This document shows positions 10,352-20,207 of a DNA stretch of 43,683 nucleotides, in pieces. Under the pieces are notes generated by a model. It was not told the DNA's origin. It was given only the letters and a program-made list of their open reading frames with translations, and ran no database searches. Position 1 is the stretch's first letter, and the number at the start of each line of letters is the position of its first letter. The translations under genes were made by a program, and so were the position numbers. The stretch comes from a candidate division WOR-3 bacterium (GTDB lineage: Bacteria > Hydrothermota > Hydrothermia > LBFQ01 > DSFT01). Location: NCBI GenBank assembly GCA_965649115.1, contig CBFGJN010000010.1:1-43683 (forward strand). The letters are read 5' to 3'.

Positions 10352-11214
10352 GCTTGTAAAAACTTAGAATATAATTCTAAAATTTGACTTTTATTAAAAA
10401 GATATGTTTTTTTACAATATCTACAAACAACCTCAATAGAAAAATTTTTATTTAGTTCATTCATAACCTCTTCTTTTGGAATACTAAGAATAGCATTTTT
10501 AACACTATCAATACTACACCAACATTCATACTTTATTTCAGTTTCATCAATCAATTGCCAACTTCTGGTAATTGTAGATATTAAACCGTATTCATCTAAA
10601 TTTGACTCTATAAGCTTTGTAATAGGCATAAGATTTTTAAATTTGTTCTCCATTTCTAAAATTTCATCTTCACTAATGCCAGGTTTTGCATAAACGAATA
10701 ACCCACCTGCATTTTTAATTGAACCATCTTTTTCAACAAGAACACCCAAGGATATAGCACAAGGAACTTGCTCTGAATTATATAAAAAGTTTGCTATATC
10801 TTCTGCTATTTCACCACTTCTAATTTCTGATATACTTTGATAAACCTCATCTTCAAAGAACCTATAGAAGTAAATTAAACCTTTTCCAACAACTTCCCCA
10901 ACAGGTAATTTATTATTTATTATTTTGTAGCTTGGATTTGGATTTCTTATAAATGCTCTAAACTGATTTCTCATATTAGTTTCCACGGTTATTTCAGATA
11001 TTTCCCCTTCAGTTAAAAATTGCATAACAATTTTTTTAATTTTTGTATTTGAAAATGCAGATGATATTAAAATTAAACCTGTTAGTGCTCTTCCAAGAGC
11101 AGCAGAAGCAGGAGGATTCGTTCTATGAGTTTCACAAGCGACTTTTACAATATCAGTAGTTATAGAACTAACAATTATAAAGCTCTTATATTTTGCTCTT
11201 ACTCGCTTTACCAT
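10348..11214 (-). CDS. hslO: Hsp33 redox-regulated chaperone
   Basis: ASAALGRALTG, SGEIAEDIA.F...SEQVP, AGG, zinc ligands CWC and CRYC. Confidence 0.95.
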   Translation of the reverse strand: MVKRVRAKYKSFIIVSSITTDIVKVACETHRTNPPASAALGRALTGLILISSAFSNTKIKKIVMQFLTEGEISEITVETNMRNQFRAFIRNPNPSYKIINNKLPVGEVVGKGLIYFYRFFEDEVYQSISEIRSGEIAEDIANFLYNSEQVPCAISLGVLVEKDGSIKNAGGLFVYAKPGISEDEILEMENKFKNLMPITKLIESNLDEYGLISTITRSWQLIDETEIKYECWCSIDSVKNAILSIPKEEVMNELNKNFSIEVVCRYCKKTYLFNKSQILELYSKFLQA

Positions 11215-11259
11215 ATTTTGAAAATTTTAAAGTTAGTGTAGTGATTTAAAATTTTAAGC

Positions 11260-12012
11260 TTGTTTATAATTCTTTTATCATTTATAAGAGTAGGTGGATT
11301 TTGTGAAGTTGAAGACTATATTTATTTTACAGATATAGGTGAAATAAATGTAAATGATGGAAAAATTTATAGATTTAGAAAAGGAACAAAAAGTATAGAA
11401 CCTATTGATTTTTCTGGACTTCTAATAGACCCAAAAGGTATAAAAAAATTTAGAAATTATTTTATTATTGCTGATGTTAATGGGATATGGAAACTTTCTT
11501 TAAATAATATGTCACTAACAAAAATAATTGATTATAAGGATTTTGAGATTGAACCAAAACTACTATTAGATATTGCTTTAAGTCCTGATGGTATTTTATA
11601 TATTTCTGATGTTTTTTCAGATGCAGTTTATAAATTTAATATATCTGGAAATGTGAAACTTGCTTTTAATGTTAGAAGACCATCAGGATTAGCTATTGAT
11701 AGCTTAGGTAGAATTTATATTTTAACCTTCACAAGTCCTTCAAGTATATATGTTTATGAGAATGATAGTTTAAAATTGTTAATGAAAAGTAATTTAATAA
11801 GAGCAGGCTATGGATTAACAATAAGTGGTAATAAATTATATGCAACTGGTTTATTGTCCGATAATGTTGTAGAAATTGATTTAAATACCTTAAAAGAAAA
11901 AGAGATTTATAAAACAAAAGGACATCCCACTTCAATTTTATTTTCTAATGGGAAATTATATGTAGGATTATCTGATGAAAGCGATTTTGAAATTATTGAA
12001 CTTCAATATTAG
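11260..12012 (+). CDS. SMP-30/gluconolactonase/NHL-like beta-propeller protein
   Basis: DIALSPDGILYISD, PSGLAIDSLGRIY repeats; TTG start. Confidence 0.75.
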   Translation: MFIILLSFIRVGGFCEVEDYIYFTDIGEINVNDGKIYRFRKGTKSIEPIDFSGLLIDPKGIKKFRNYFIIADVNGIWKLSLNNMSLTKIIDYKDFEIEPKLLLDIALSPDGILYISDVFSDAVYKFNISGNVKLAFNVRRPSGLAIDSLGRIYILTFTSPSSIYVYENDSLKLLMKSNLIRAGYGLTISGNKLYATGLLSDNVVEIDLNTLKEKEIYKTKGHPTSILFSNGKLYVGLSDESDFEIIELQY

Positions 12013-13000
12013 CTGTTGTAATTTTATAAATATCGTAATCTGAAAAATTCTCAAATTCTATTCTAATTGTTTTAAATTTTTCATCATTTAAAATTGGATT
12101 ACTTATTACAATAACACCCGAAACAACATAAGCATTATTAGAACTTGAAATTTTAGAACCTTTATCAACAATACTATTTCTAATTTCTTCAAAATCAACA
12201 TCTTTTCTCATAATAATATCAAGTTTTATAACACTTACAAGTTTATTATCAACTAAGTCTTGTCCTATTTGGTTTATTCCAAAACCAATAACTTTGTCCT
12301 TTGAAACTGACTTTAAAATTTCTAAAATTTGAGAAGCTATTCTAACTGTTTTTAGTTCAGGCTTTTTTATTCTTAATTGAGCTAGTAGTGAATCTTCAAG
12401 AAATTTAATGTAACTATCATAAACAATATATCCTTCAATCAATCCTGATAATTTAACATAAATAAGTTTTCCAAGCTGATAATCCATAGCATATATATTT
12501 TCTCTTAATAGAGCATTTTTGATTTTCGTTATATCATCTTGTGAAAATTTATTATTCTTTTGAGGTTTAAAAACGATTTTAAACTCGTAAAAATCTGACT
12601 TCATTTGAAGTTCTTTACTTATTAATTTTCTATCAATTTTAACATTTGTTGAATTTTCAATTATATCCAAGAGAAAATTTAAAATTTTTTCCTCTTTGAA
12701 AATTAAATTTGGTGGAAGAATTTTTATTTTAAAGTTAATAAAAATTGTGTCTTTGTTTGAAAATGTTTTTAATTCTTTTACTTCATTTGATAAAATTTTC
12801 GTCTCAAAACCCAATTTCTTTATGCTCTCATTTATCTTTGACAAATTTTGTTTTTTGTCTAAAATTGTTATTGAAAATTGATATAAATTTATTCCAATTG
12901 TATCAACTTTATATGTTGTTGTTTTAGGATTTAGTTTCAACGATTTTACTACAAAATTATATACACTATCTACATTATTTGATACTAAAAGGAAAATCAT
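11993..13000 (-). CDS. Hypothetical protein
   Basis: 335-aa ORF coupled by ATGA overlap to the upstream small ORF; no recognised motif. Confidence 0.7.
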   Translation of the reverse strand: MIFLLVSNNVDSVYNFVVKSLKLNPKTTTYKVDTIGINLYQFSITILDKKQNLSKINESIKKLGFETKILSNEVKELKTFSNKDTIFINFKIKILPPNLIFKEEKILNFLLDIIENSTNVKIDRKLISKELQMKSDFYEFKIVFKPQKNNKFSQDDITKIKNALLRENIYAMDYQLGKLIYVKLSGLIEGYIVYDSYIKFLEDSLLAQLRIKKPELKTVRIASQILEILKSVSKDKVIGFGINQIGQDLVDNKLVSVIKLDIIMRKDVDFEEIRNSIVDKGSKISSSNNAYVVSGVIVISNPILNDEKFKTIRIEFENFSDYDIYKITTANIEVQ

Positions 13001-13092
13001 TCAAATTTCAACTTCAACAGATAAGCTAAAACTAAAAAAGATAAACTTATTAGGATAACTCCAAAACTATATAGAATTATTCCCTTTATCAT
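12997..13092 (-). CDS. Small single-helix membrane protein, 31 aa (not in ORF track)
   Basis: MIKGIILYSFGVILISLSFLVLAYLLKLKFE*; exact ATGA overlaps with both neighbours. Confidence 0.75.
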   Translation of the reverse strand: MIKGIILYSFGVILISLSFLVLAYLLKLKFE

Positions 13093-13562
13093 TTTCTTTC
13101 GTACGTTCCGAATATCTCACCCTTTGCTATAATTTTACCTTCAATTGCTTTTAAAACCTCCTTTGCACTTGCCCCCTCTTTAAGACCAATTTTCTCAACA
13201 TTTAAAGCATAAATCGTAATGTAATATCTATGTTTTCCATGTCCTCTTGGAGGGCAGGGACCACCATAACCAAGTTTTCCAAAATCATTTTTTCCTTTCA
13301 AGCCAACACTCTCCCCTTCCTTTATTTCATTAACATTTGCAGGGATATCGTACAATATCCAATGATAGAAAGTTCCAATAGGAGCATCAGGATCACTCAT
13401 TATTAGAACAAAACTTTTCGTTTCTTTTGGAAAGTTCTCCCATTTTACATGAACAGATACATTTTCACCTTCACAGGTATATTTTGAAGGTATAGACTCT
13501 GAATTTTTGAAGGAATTACTATAAACTTTTATGTTTTGAATTTCCATAACTAAGAAAATCAT
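13089..13562 (-). CDS. YbhB/YbcL (PEBP/Raf kinase inhibitor-like) protein
   Basis: DPDAP.GTFYHW, GKNDFG..GYGGPCPP..HGKHRY. Confidence 0.93.
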   Translation of the reverse strand: MIFLVMEIQNIKVYSNSFKNSESIPSKYTCEGENVSVHVKWENFPKETKSFVLIMSDPDAPIGTFYHWILYDIPANVNEIKEGESVGLKGKNDFGKLGYGGPCPPRGHGKHRYYITIYALNVEKIGLKEGASAKEVLKAIEGKIIAKGEIFGTYERK

Positions 13563-13592
13563 AACATTTAAAATTTTAAAGCATAAATAAAT

Positions 13593-14474
13593 TGCTGTGT
13601 CTAAGAATTCTGAAAGTATTTATTTTTCTTATTTTGCCCACCCGCCCTGAAATAAAGGCTACGCCTTTAAAATGCCCATTTTTCGGCTGTGGGGGGCTCC
13701 GCCCCCCTAATAATCCCCCCGATAAATCAATAATTTCTTTAAAAATTTTATAAATTATTGATTATCAATCGCTTAGCAATAATTATTGGACAAAGCATAA
13801 ATAAATTGCTGTGTCTAGTAATTCTGAAAATATAATTATTTCTATACTTCTCCCACCCACCCTAAATATAAGCCTTCGGCTTTAACTCCGCCCCCCTTAA
13901 ATTCCCCCCATTATTTCAAGAATTTTAATGAATTTTTAATAAGTTATTGACTATCAAGCACTTAACATTATTTACTGGACAAAGCAATTCTATGTTGCTT
14001 TGTCTAAGAATTCTGAAAGTATTTATTTTTCTTATTTTCCCCACCCACCCTAAATTTAAGCGGACGGCTTTAAAAAACCCCAACTTTTGTTATGGGGGGC
14101 TCCGCCCCCCTGTAATCCCCCCATTACTTCAAGTATTTCAATTAATTCTTAATAAGTTATTGATAATCAATAACTTAACACTATTTACTAGACAAAGCAA
14201 ATTTTTATAAGTTATTGGCTATCAATAATTTAACACCATTTGCTGGACAAAGCATAAATAAATTAGTGTCTTTATTTCCCCATCAGCTCTGAAAATAAGC
14301 GAATGATTTATAAATCTTCGCCCCCTTTAAATTCCCCTTTTTAGGTGCTTTGTCCAAATTTCGGCAAGGGAGCTGTTGCCCCCTTAAATAAACCCCCTTT
14401 AAATCAATAGTTCCCTTAAAAATTTTATAAGTTATTAACAATTAAGGACTTAACATCATTTACTAGACAAAGCA
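13593..14474 (+). mobile_element. Tandem MITE array: 13593-13797, 13807-13986, 13996-14199, right-end fragment to 14254, degenerate piece, 14346-14474
   Basis: Repeated termini TGCT(G/T)TGTC...GACAAAGCA. 9-mer TAAATAAAT at 13584, 13798 and 14255. 9-bp duplication CTTTTTAGG at 14337-14345 and 14475-14483. Confidence 0.95.
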
Positions 14475-14507
14475 CTTTTTAGGCAGTTTCAAGTAGATTT
14501 TTATAAG

Positions 14508-14948
14508 TCATTTTAATTGTTCTAATTTCTTAATAAAGTAATCTAAGGAGCTATTTCTTTGTCTTGCTAAATTAACATCAGAGTTATTAAAATTTATTAG
14601 AATTTCTTGCTTAAATTCAATATCGTTATAATGAGCTTTTTTTCTAATTTCGTCAAATACACTCCTTGTACAAAGAGAAGTATCTCTTAATATATTCGGA
14701 TCTATTGATATTTCTCTGGCAAATTCATCATTAATTAAGGCAAGGTACCAAGACTCTATTTCCTTCTTAACAATAATTATTTTTTCCTTTTCTAATAAGG
14801 TCCTTTGTCAAAATCAGACAAAAAGAAATAATTATGATTGTCTATACTTAATTACTTCATATTCAAGGGGAAATTGAATTTTTCTCAAAAATCTACTTAT
14901 AAAACTCTCATCATCATTACCTTCAACAAAAAACCATATTGTTTTCAT
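14508..14948 (-). pseudogene. Disrupted TOPRIM-like (DUF4276/DUF4435-type) partner of the ATPase
   Basis: ATGA-coupled start MKTIWFFVEGNDDE then early stop. Other frames give FLSDFD and IIIVKKEIESWYLA...ARQRNSSLDYFIKKLEQLK*. Confidence 0.75.
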
Positions 14949-16153
14949 TTCAAGAGATTTCCAACGAGAAGTTCATCAACTCCTATTTCATTCTTTAAAA
15001 AAAATTTTATATCTTCAATTTCACTCAATCTCTTTACAGTTGAAAAACCATCTTCATCTCTTGAAACAACGAGAATATTTTCTAAATCAATATATTTTAA
15101 AAATTCTGGATTATGAGTTGTTATTAAAATTTGCTTTTCTTTTGAGGCTTCTTTAAATAAATCAACTATCCTTGATAATAGATAAGGATGAATGTTTCTT
15201 TCTGGTTCTTCAAAAATTACAAAACTTTTATTCTGAAAATATAAAGCCACTATTACGGCTAAAACTCTGACAGTTCCATCTGATACCAGAAATGAGGGTA
15301 AGTACTTCTCATCAAATTTTTCTTTTAATTCAAAAGAAAAGTAATCAAATATGGACCTTTTAACTTTTACATCTTCTATGAAATCTAAAACATATCCAAT
15401 CAAGTTAAGTAATTTTTTCCTTTTAATTTCATTTGAAAGAATTTTTTCAAGAAAAGCAACTAGATTGGAACCATCACTTTTTAAATCTGATTCATCAAGT
15501 CTAGTGTAGGCTTGCTTCATTGTTTTCGTATCAAAATCATAAATACCAAAATTTCTATCAAAAATTTTTAAATCAAGTAATGGTAAGGAATAATCTAAAA
15601 TAAATTCAAGAACTTTCAAGGTTAACCATCGTGAATTTTTAAATTTTTTTTCTAAACTTTCGAAGGAAATTTTATCAAAGTAGGCTTCCAATTCCAAATT
15701 TCCCTCCCAGATAGGTTTTTCAATATATCTACCAGCTCTATAAATTTCTTCTATAGAAAAATTTTTAATAGTTATTGACGTTTCATTTTCATTGTTTTTT
15801 AGATTATAAGAAAATTGAATTAAACCTGGAAGCCTAACTCTAAACCTTTTAGGGATTTCATCTTCTTCATTATTAAATTCAAACTCTTCTGTTCTACTTT
15901 CCAATGATATTTCCATTTCAATACTAATCCCTTCATCACCATTAGCTTTGAAATTTTTTAAAAAATCAAATCCACCTTCTGATGATAAAGCTTTATCTAA
16001 TCCTTCACTTGCCTTTCTCAAAAATCTAAAAATACTTATAAAATTTGTTTTTCCACCTGCATTAGGGCCAATTAAGACATTTAGATTACCAAGCTCAACT
16101 TCTAAATTTTTGAAACTTTTATAATTTTCTATTTTAATTTTCTTAATCTTCAT
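14945..16153 (-). CDS. ABC-type/AAA_21 ATPase (OLD/AbiEii/RloA-like class)
   Basis: IENYKSF, Walker A GPNAGGKT, signature SDGT, Walker B FEEPE, H-loop TTHN. Confidence 0.9.
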   Translation of the reverse strand: MKIKKIKIENYKSFKNLEVELGNLNVLIGPNAGGKTNFISIFRFLRKASEGLDKALSSEGGFDFLKNFKANGDEGISIEMEISLESRTEEFEFNNEEDEIPKRFRVRLPGLIQFSYNLKNNENETSITIKNFSIEEIYRAGRYIEKPIWEGNLELEAYFDKISFESLEKKFKNSRWLTLKVLEFILDYSLPLLDLKIFDRNFGIYDFDTKTMKQAYTRLDESDLKSDGSNLVAFLEKILSNEIKRKKLLNLIGYVLDFIEDVKVKRSIFDYFSFELKEKFDEKYLPSFLVSDGTVRVLAVIVALYFQNKSFVIFEEPERNIHPYLLSRIVDLFKEASKEKQILITTHNPEFLKYIDLENILVVSRDEDGFSTVKRLSEIEDIKFFLKNEIGVDELLVGNLLK

Positions 16154-16190
16154 AGTAGAAAATTTTAAAGCTTAACTTTAAAATTTTATT

Positions 16191-17678
16191 ATGAAAAGAA
16201 TTTTATCACCATCAGAGATGAAAGAAATTGATAATAGTTCAAAAATTCCACAAATTGTTTTAATGGAAAATGCAGGAAGAGGTGTTGCTAATGAGATTAA
16301 AGATATTTCAAATAGTTTCTTAATTCTTTGTGGAAGCGGTAATAATGGAGGTGATGGTTTTGTAATAGCAAGATGGCTTAAAAAATTCAAAAAAAATGTA
16401 AAAGTTATTATATTTGATGATAATTTTAAAACAAATGAAACAAAAATTAACTTTGAATTATTAAAAGTTTTTGATGTTGAAATTGAAAAATTTGAAAAAC
16501 AAAAATTCTTGGAGAATATAAGAAATTATGAAGTTATTGTAGATGCGATATTTGGAACGGGATTTAAAGGTTCATTAAAAGATGATTATTATGATGCTAT
16601 TGAAATTTCAAATAATTTAAACAAAATAAGAATAGCAGTTGATATACCAAGTGGTGTAAATGGAGAGAATGGATTTATTGAAAATATCGCATTTAAAAGT
16701 GATATAACATTTACATTTGCTTTTGAAAAACTTGGTCATTATTTATTTGAAGGTAAAATTCATAGTGGGAAAATTAAAGTAATTGATATTGGAATTGAGG
16801 AAAAATTAGCAGAAGATAAGGGATTTTTATATCTAGAGCATAGTGATATTCTAAATTTATTGCCAAAATATAAAGGTTATGAAAGTAAGAGAGATAAAGG
16901 AAAGGTTTTGATAATTGGTGGAAGCAAGGATTATACAGGGGCAGTTATTTTAAATGTTATTGGAGCTTTAAGTAGTGGTGTGGGTTTAATTTATTGTGCT
17001 GTTCCAAAAACTATTTACCCTTACACTGTTGGAAAAATTCCAGAAGCAATTTTAATTCCATTAGAAGATGAAAATGGATATTTATGTAAAAAAAGCTTTT
17101 TGGATTTAATTTCAAAAAATTTGAATTTTGATAGTATTGTTGTTGGAAGCGGAATTTCAAGAAAAGAAAGTGTTAGGGAATTTATGAATGAGATATTAAA
17201 TTTGAATTTAAATAAAATTGTAGATGCTGATGGAATATGGGCTATTAGTGAAAAAATTCATTTATTGGATGAAAAAACAATTATAACACCACATGTTGGT
17301 GAAATGAGTTTTATTGTAAAAAAAGAACCAAAATTCATAGATAGAAATAGAATTAACATTGCTCTTGACTTTTCAAAGAATTATAAATGTGTTTTATTAC
17401 TTAAAGGTAATCCGTCTGTTATTGTTCAAAAGAATTTTAGATTTTTAAATATATGGGGTGATGAAAAATTAGCAAGGGGTGGAAGTGGTGATGTTTTAAG
17501 CGGTTTAATTGGAGGATTTTTAGCACAAAATCTAAGTCCAATTTATAGTACTGTCATTTCAGCTTATTTACATTCAAGAAGTTGTGAATTTTTTGATAAA
17601 CTAACATTTAAACCAAGCGATATTCCAAAAGGCATTAGGAAATTATTATCTTATAAAACTTTCCATCAACGCTTATAA
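16191..17678 (+). CDS. nnr: Bifunctional NAD(P)H-hydrate epimerase/dehydratase (YjeF)
   Basis: LMENAG, CGSGNNGGDG, VDAIFGTG, VDIPSG, VDADG, ITPHVGE, GGSGDVLSG. Confidence 0.96.
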   Translation: MKRILSPSEMKEIDNSSKIPQIVLMENAGRGVANEIKDISNSFLILCGSGNNGGDGFVIARWLKKFKKNVKVIIFDDNFKTNETKINFELLKVFDVEIEKFEKQKFLENIRNYEVIVDAIFGTGFKGSLKDDYYDAIEISNNLNKIRIAVDIPSGVNGENGFIENIAFKSDITFTFAFEKLGHYLFEGKIHSGKIKVIDIGIEEKLAEDKGFLYLEHSDILNLLPKYKGYESKRDKGKVLIIGGSKDYTGAVILNVIGALSSGVGLIYCAVPKTIYPYTVGKIPEAILIPLEDENGYLCKKSFLDLISKNLNFDSIVVGSGISRKESVREFMNEILNLNLNKIVDADGIWAISEKIHLLDEKTIITPHVGEMSFIVKKEPKFIDRNRINIALDFSKNYKCVLLLKGNPSVIVQKNFRFLNIWGDEKLARGGSGDVLSGLIGGFLAQNLSPIYSTVISAYLHSRSCEFFDKLTFKPSDIPKGIRKLLSYKTFHQRL

Positions 17679-20193
17679 TGTAAATTCCACCTCTTATGTT
17701 TAAAATCTCATTTCCTACAATTAATTTTCTATATATTAATCGCCCCTGAACATCGTAAATTGAGAAATTATGTTTGTTTTTAGAAGAGATTTCAAGTTTT
17801 CCATTTTTTGATATAATTTCAAAATCACAATCCTTAATAGTTTCAAGATTTGAAATTGGTGTTGTAGAACATCCTTGACTTATATTTAAAGATGGTTGAT
17901 ATGAAGAAAAATATAAGTTATAAATTGGTTCATAACTACTTGATATTGATGGAATTATAGAATATGAAAAAGGATTGAAATTTGAAGATGAAAAATTTAT
18001 ATTCTGTGTACAATAAGATTTTATAACCGCAAAACCACCTACTGCATTTAATTGAGAACCAAGAAAACTTATTAAGAAGAATTTATCATTAGCATAACTT
18101 ATTATTCCTTTTGCTTGATTTGAATTTACATTTAATGGAGGATTTAACCAGGCTTTTGCCCAAATTAAATTTCCATTATTATCTATTTTAATAGCTATTG
18201 GATAAGATGAATTATTATTTGCTCTAACAAAACCTGAAATTAAATAATTATTAGGTGGATAAAAACCATTACAATAATAACTATTTAAATTTTTGAATGT
18301 CCAGTAGGACTGCTTTGGATTATTATTAATATCATAAATACCCCAAGTTTTTAAACTATTATCTACAACAAAATCTTTCAATTGAAACCAAGTAGCAAGT
18401 GCTATTCTACTATCATTATTTAATGTATTAAAGCCTGTTATCATATTATTTGATTGTCCATTTTGTCCTACTACTGATGATTCCCATCCAAATTCCGAAA
18501 CCCAGATTTTCTTATTTGTGTTTTGTCCTTCATGAAAAATTACTTTATTCCAAACAAGATTTACATTATTAATTATTGCACTTGAAATAGCATTAGAATT
18601 TGTAGAATTTAATAAAACATAAATATGCATTCCAATACCATCAAGTGGATAAGAACCTGTTAAACTTTTAATCCAATTCCAATTCCAAACATTCTTTCCG
18701 TACCAATAAGTGCTATCTATGTACTTATCACCTTTGCTTATATCATCAGTTAGAAGTGGTCCAGAAATAAGTTTAACATCATTAACATTATTATTTATTT
18801 TTATATTTTGATATAAATCAGCAAGAATTTTTGAAAACCACTTTGGATGTATCCAATAACTATTTATTTCTGAAATATAACCATTAGGTTCATTTATTGA
18901 TTCAAAAACCTTAATCCTATCTTTGAAATGAAGAACTATACTTGTAAAATTTGAAACATATTCATTTATCCAACTATTAACTGCATTCATATCATTTGGA
19001 TTTTCATAACTTAATAAATACCCTACCCAAGTTTTAACAGCTTCATGACCTATAAGGGCATAAACCTTAACATTATGACTTACAAAATTATTGATTATTT
19101 GATCATAAACATTAAACAAATCGCTTATTGAATTAAATGCTTGGGCATATATAAAATTAACTCTTACACAAGGTGTACAAGTGCTGTATATTTGATTAAA
19201 ATTAACCTTTATTTGTCCTGTTATTGGATCAATTGGTTGTCCAATATCAAGACATTTATTTGGCATTACATCAATTCCTTGATTTTCAATAGTTATATTA
19301 TATCCTCTATCCTCACTACTCCAACCTACTACATTTGAAGAATAAATTTTTGAAAATTTTATATTTCCATTAAAATCAGTTTTTAAAACAATAATGTCAT
19401 CATCTCCAAATTGACTTCCACATAAAGGTCCAGCTGTTAAGCACCTTGTCCCTACTATTGTATATCCATCATTATCAATAATAAAATTTTGTGAAACTTC
19501 ATGAGCATAAAAATCGTATCCTTTCGACCACAAAACATTTCCATTATTATCAATTTTCATCAAAGCAATATCATTATTTTGACCATTATTTCTAATAAGA
19601 AGTGCAACATAACCATTACCATCATATTTAATACTCATTATCTTATCACAAACGCTATTTAAATTATATCGTTTTTGCCATATTAAATTTCCATAAAAAT
19701 CAGTTTTCATAATAATTGAAGAGCAACTATCATCAAATGCTAAAATAAAATTATTTCCATCATAAGTAATACCCATCCCTGGTTCCTCACCTTTTGTTGA
19801 AGCTTTTCTATATTTTGCCCAAAGGAAATTCTTCGTTTTTATATTAAAAAGACCATAAAATGAGCAATTTTGATTAGGACATTGACTTGGATTATCTGAA
19901 TTGTAATTTCTTCCATGACCTCCAATAACAGCAATAAGACTATCATTAATTTTAATAATATCATTTATTCCTAAATTGTCAAGATTGTGATTAAAAGCTC
20001 TATACCATTTTATATTTAATGAACTATCAAAAGCTAAAAGAAATGGTGTTAAATGATAATTATAATGATATGAGCCAACAATAAAAAGTGTATCAGAAAT
20101 TTTAATAGATGGTATTCTATGACAAGTAAAACATCCAAAAGATGAGTAGTTTATCCAAACAACATTGTTTGAGGATATAATCAAGAACAACAT
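17635..20193 (-). CDS. T9SS-CTD protein: beta-propeller with inserted clan GH-A glycoside hydrolase domain
   Basis: KTD..GN..W propeller repeats on both sides of a segment with SINEPN and WVSEFGW; C-terminal IYDVQGRLI...GIYII. Confidence 0.8.
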   Translation of the reverse strand: MLFLIISSNNVVWINYSSFGCFTCHRIPSIKISDTLFIVGSYHYNYHLTPFLLAFDSSLNIKWYRAFNHNLDNLGINDIIKINDSLIAVIGGHGRNYNSDNPSQCPNQNCSFYGLFNIKTKNFLWAKYRKASTKGEEPGMGITYDGNNFILAFDDSCSSIIMKTDFYGNLIWQKRYNLNSVCDKIMSIKYDGNGYVALLIRNNGQNNDIALMKIDNNGNVLWSKGYDFYAHEVSQNFIIDNDGYTIVGTRCLTAGPLCGSQFGDDDIIVLKTDFNGNIKFSKIYSSNVVGWSSEDRGYNITIENQGIDVMPNKCLDIGQPIDPITGQIKVNFNQIYSTCTPCVRVNFIYAQAFNSISDLFNVYDQIINNFVSHNVKVYALIGHEAVKTWVGYLLSYENPNDMNAVNSWINEYVSNFTSIVLHFKDRIKVFESINEPNGYISEINSYWIHPKWFSKILADLYQNIKINNNVNDVKLISGPLLTDDISKGDKYIDSTYWYGKNVWNWNWIKSLTGSYPLDGIGMHIYVLLNSTNSNAISSAIINNVNLVWNKVIFHEGQNTNKKIWVSEFGWESSVVGQNGQSNNMITGFNTLNNDSRIALATWFQLKDFVVDNSLKTWGIYDINNNPKQSYWTFKNLNSYYCNGFYPPNNYLISGFVRANNNSSYPIAIKIDNNGNLIWAKAWLNPPLNVNSNQAKGIISYANDKFFLISFLGSQLNAVGGFAVIKSYCTQNINFSSSNFNPFSYSIIPSISSSYEPIYNLYFSSYQPSLNISQGCSTTPISNLETIKDCDFEIISKNGKLEISSKNKHNFSIYDVQGRLIYRKLIVGNEILNIRGGIYIISVDGKFYKIIIS

Positions 20194-20207
20194 ATTCTCA
20201 CCTCCTT

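Noticed and set aside
13947..14210. 87-aa ORF (and 32287-32580)
   Set aside because: Chance frames across MITE or pseudogene sequence; no transposase motifs.
13593..14474. Possible CRISPR array
   Set aside because: Units are 130-205 bp, homologous along their length, with inverted termini and 9-bp duplications; no unique spacers and no cas genes.
14479..14511. Micro-ORF MTYKNLLETA*, possibly the start of a gene destroyed by the MITE array
   Set aside because: Too short to support any assignment.
18250..19290. Intein in the 852-aa protein
   Set aside because: No Cys/Ser start or His-Asn end; the insert carries glycoside hydrolase motifs.
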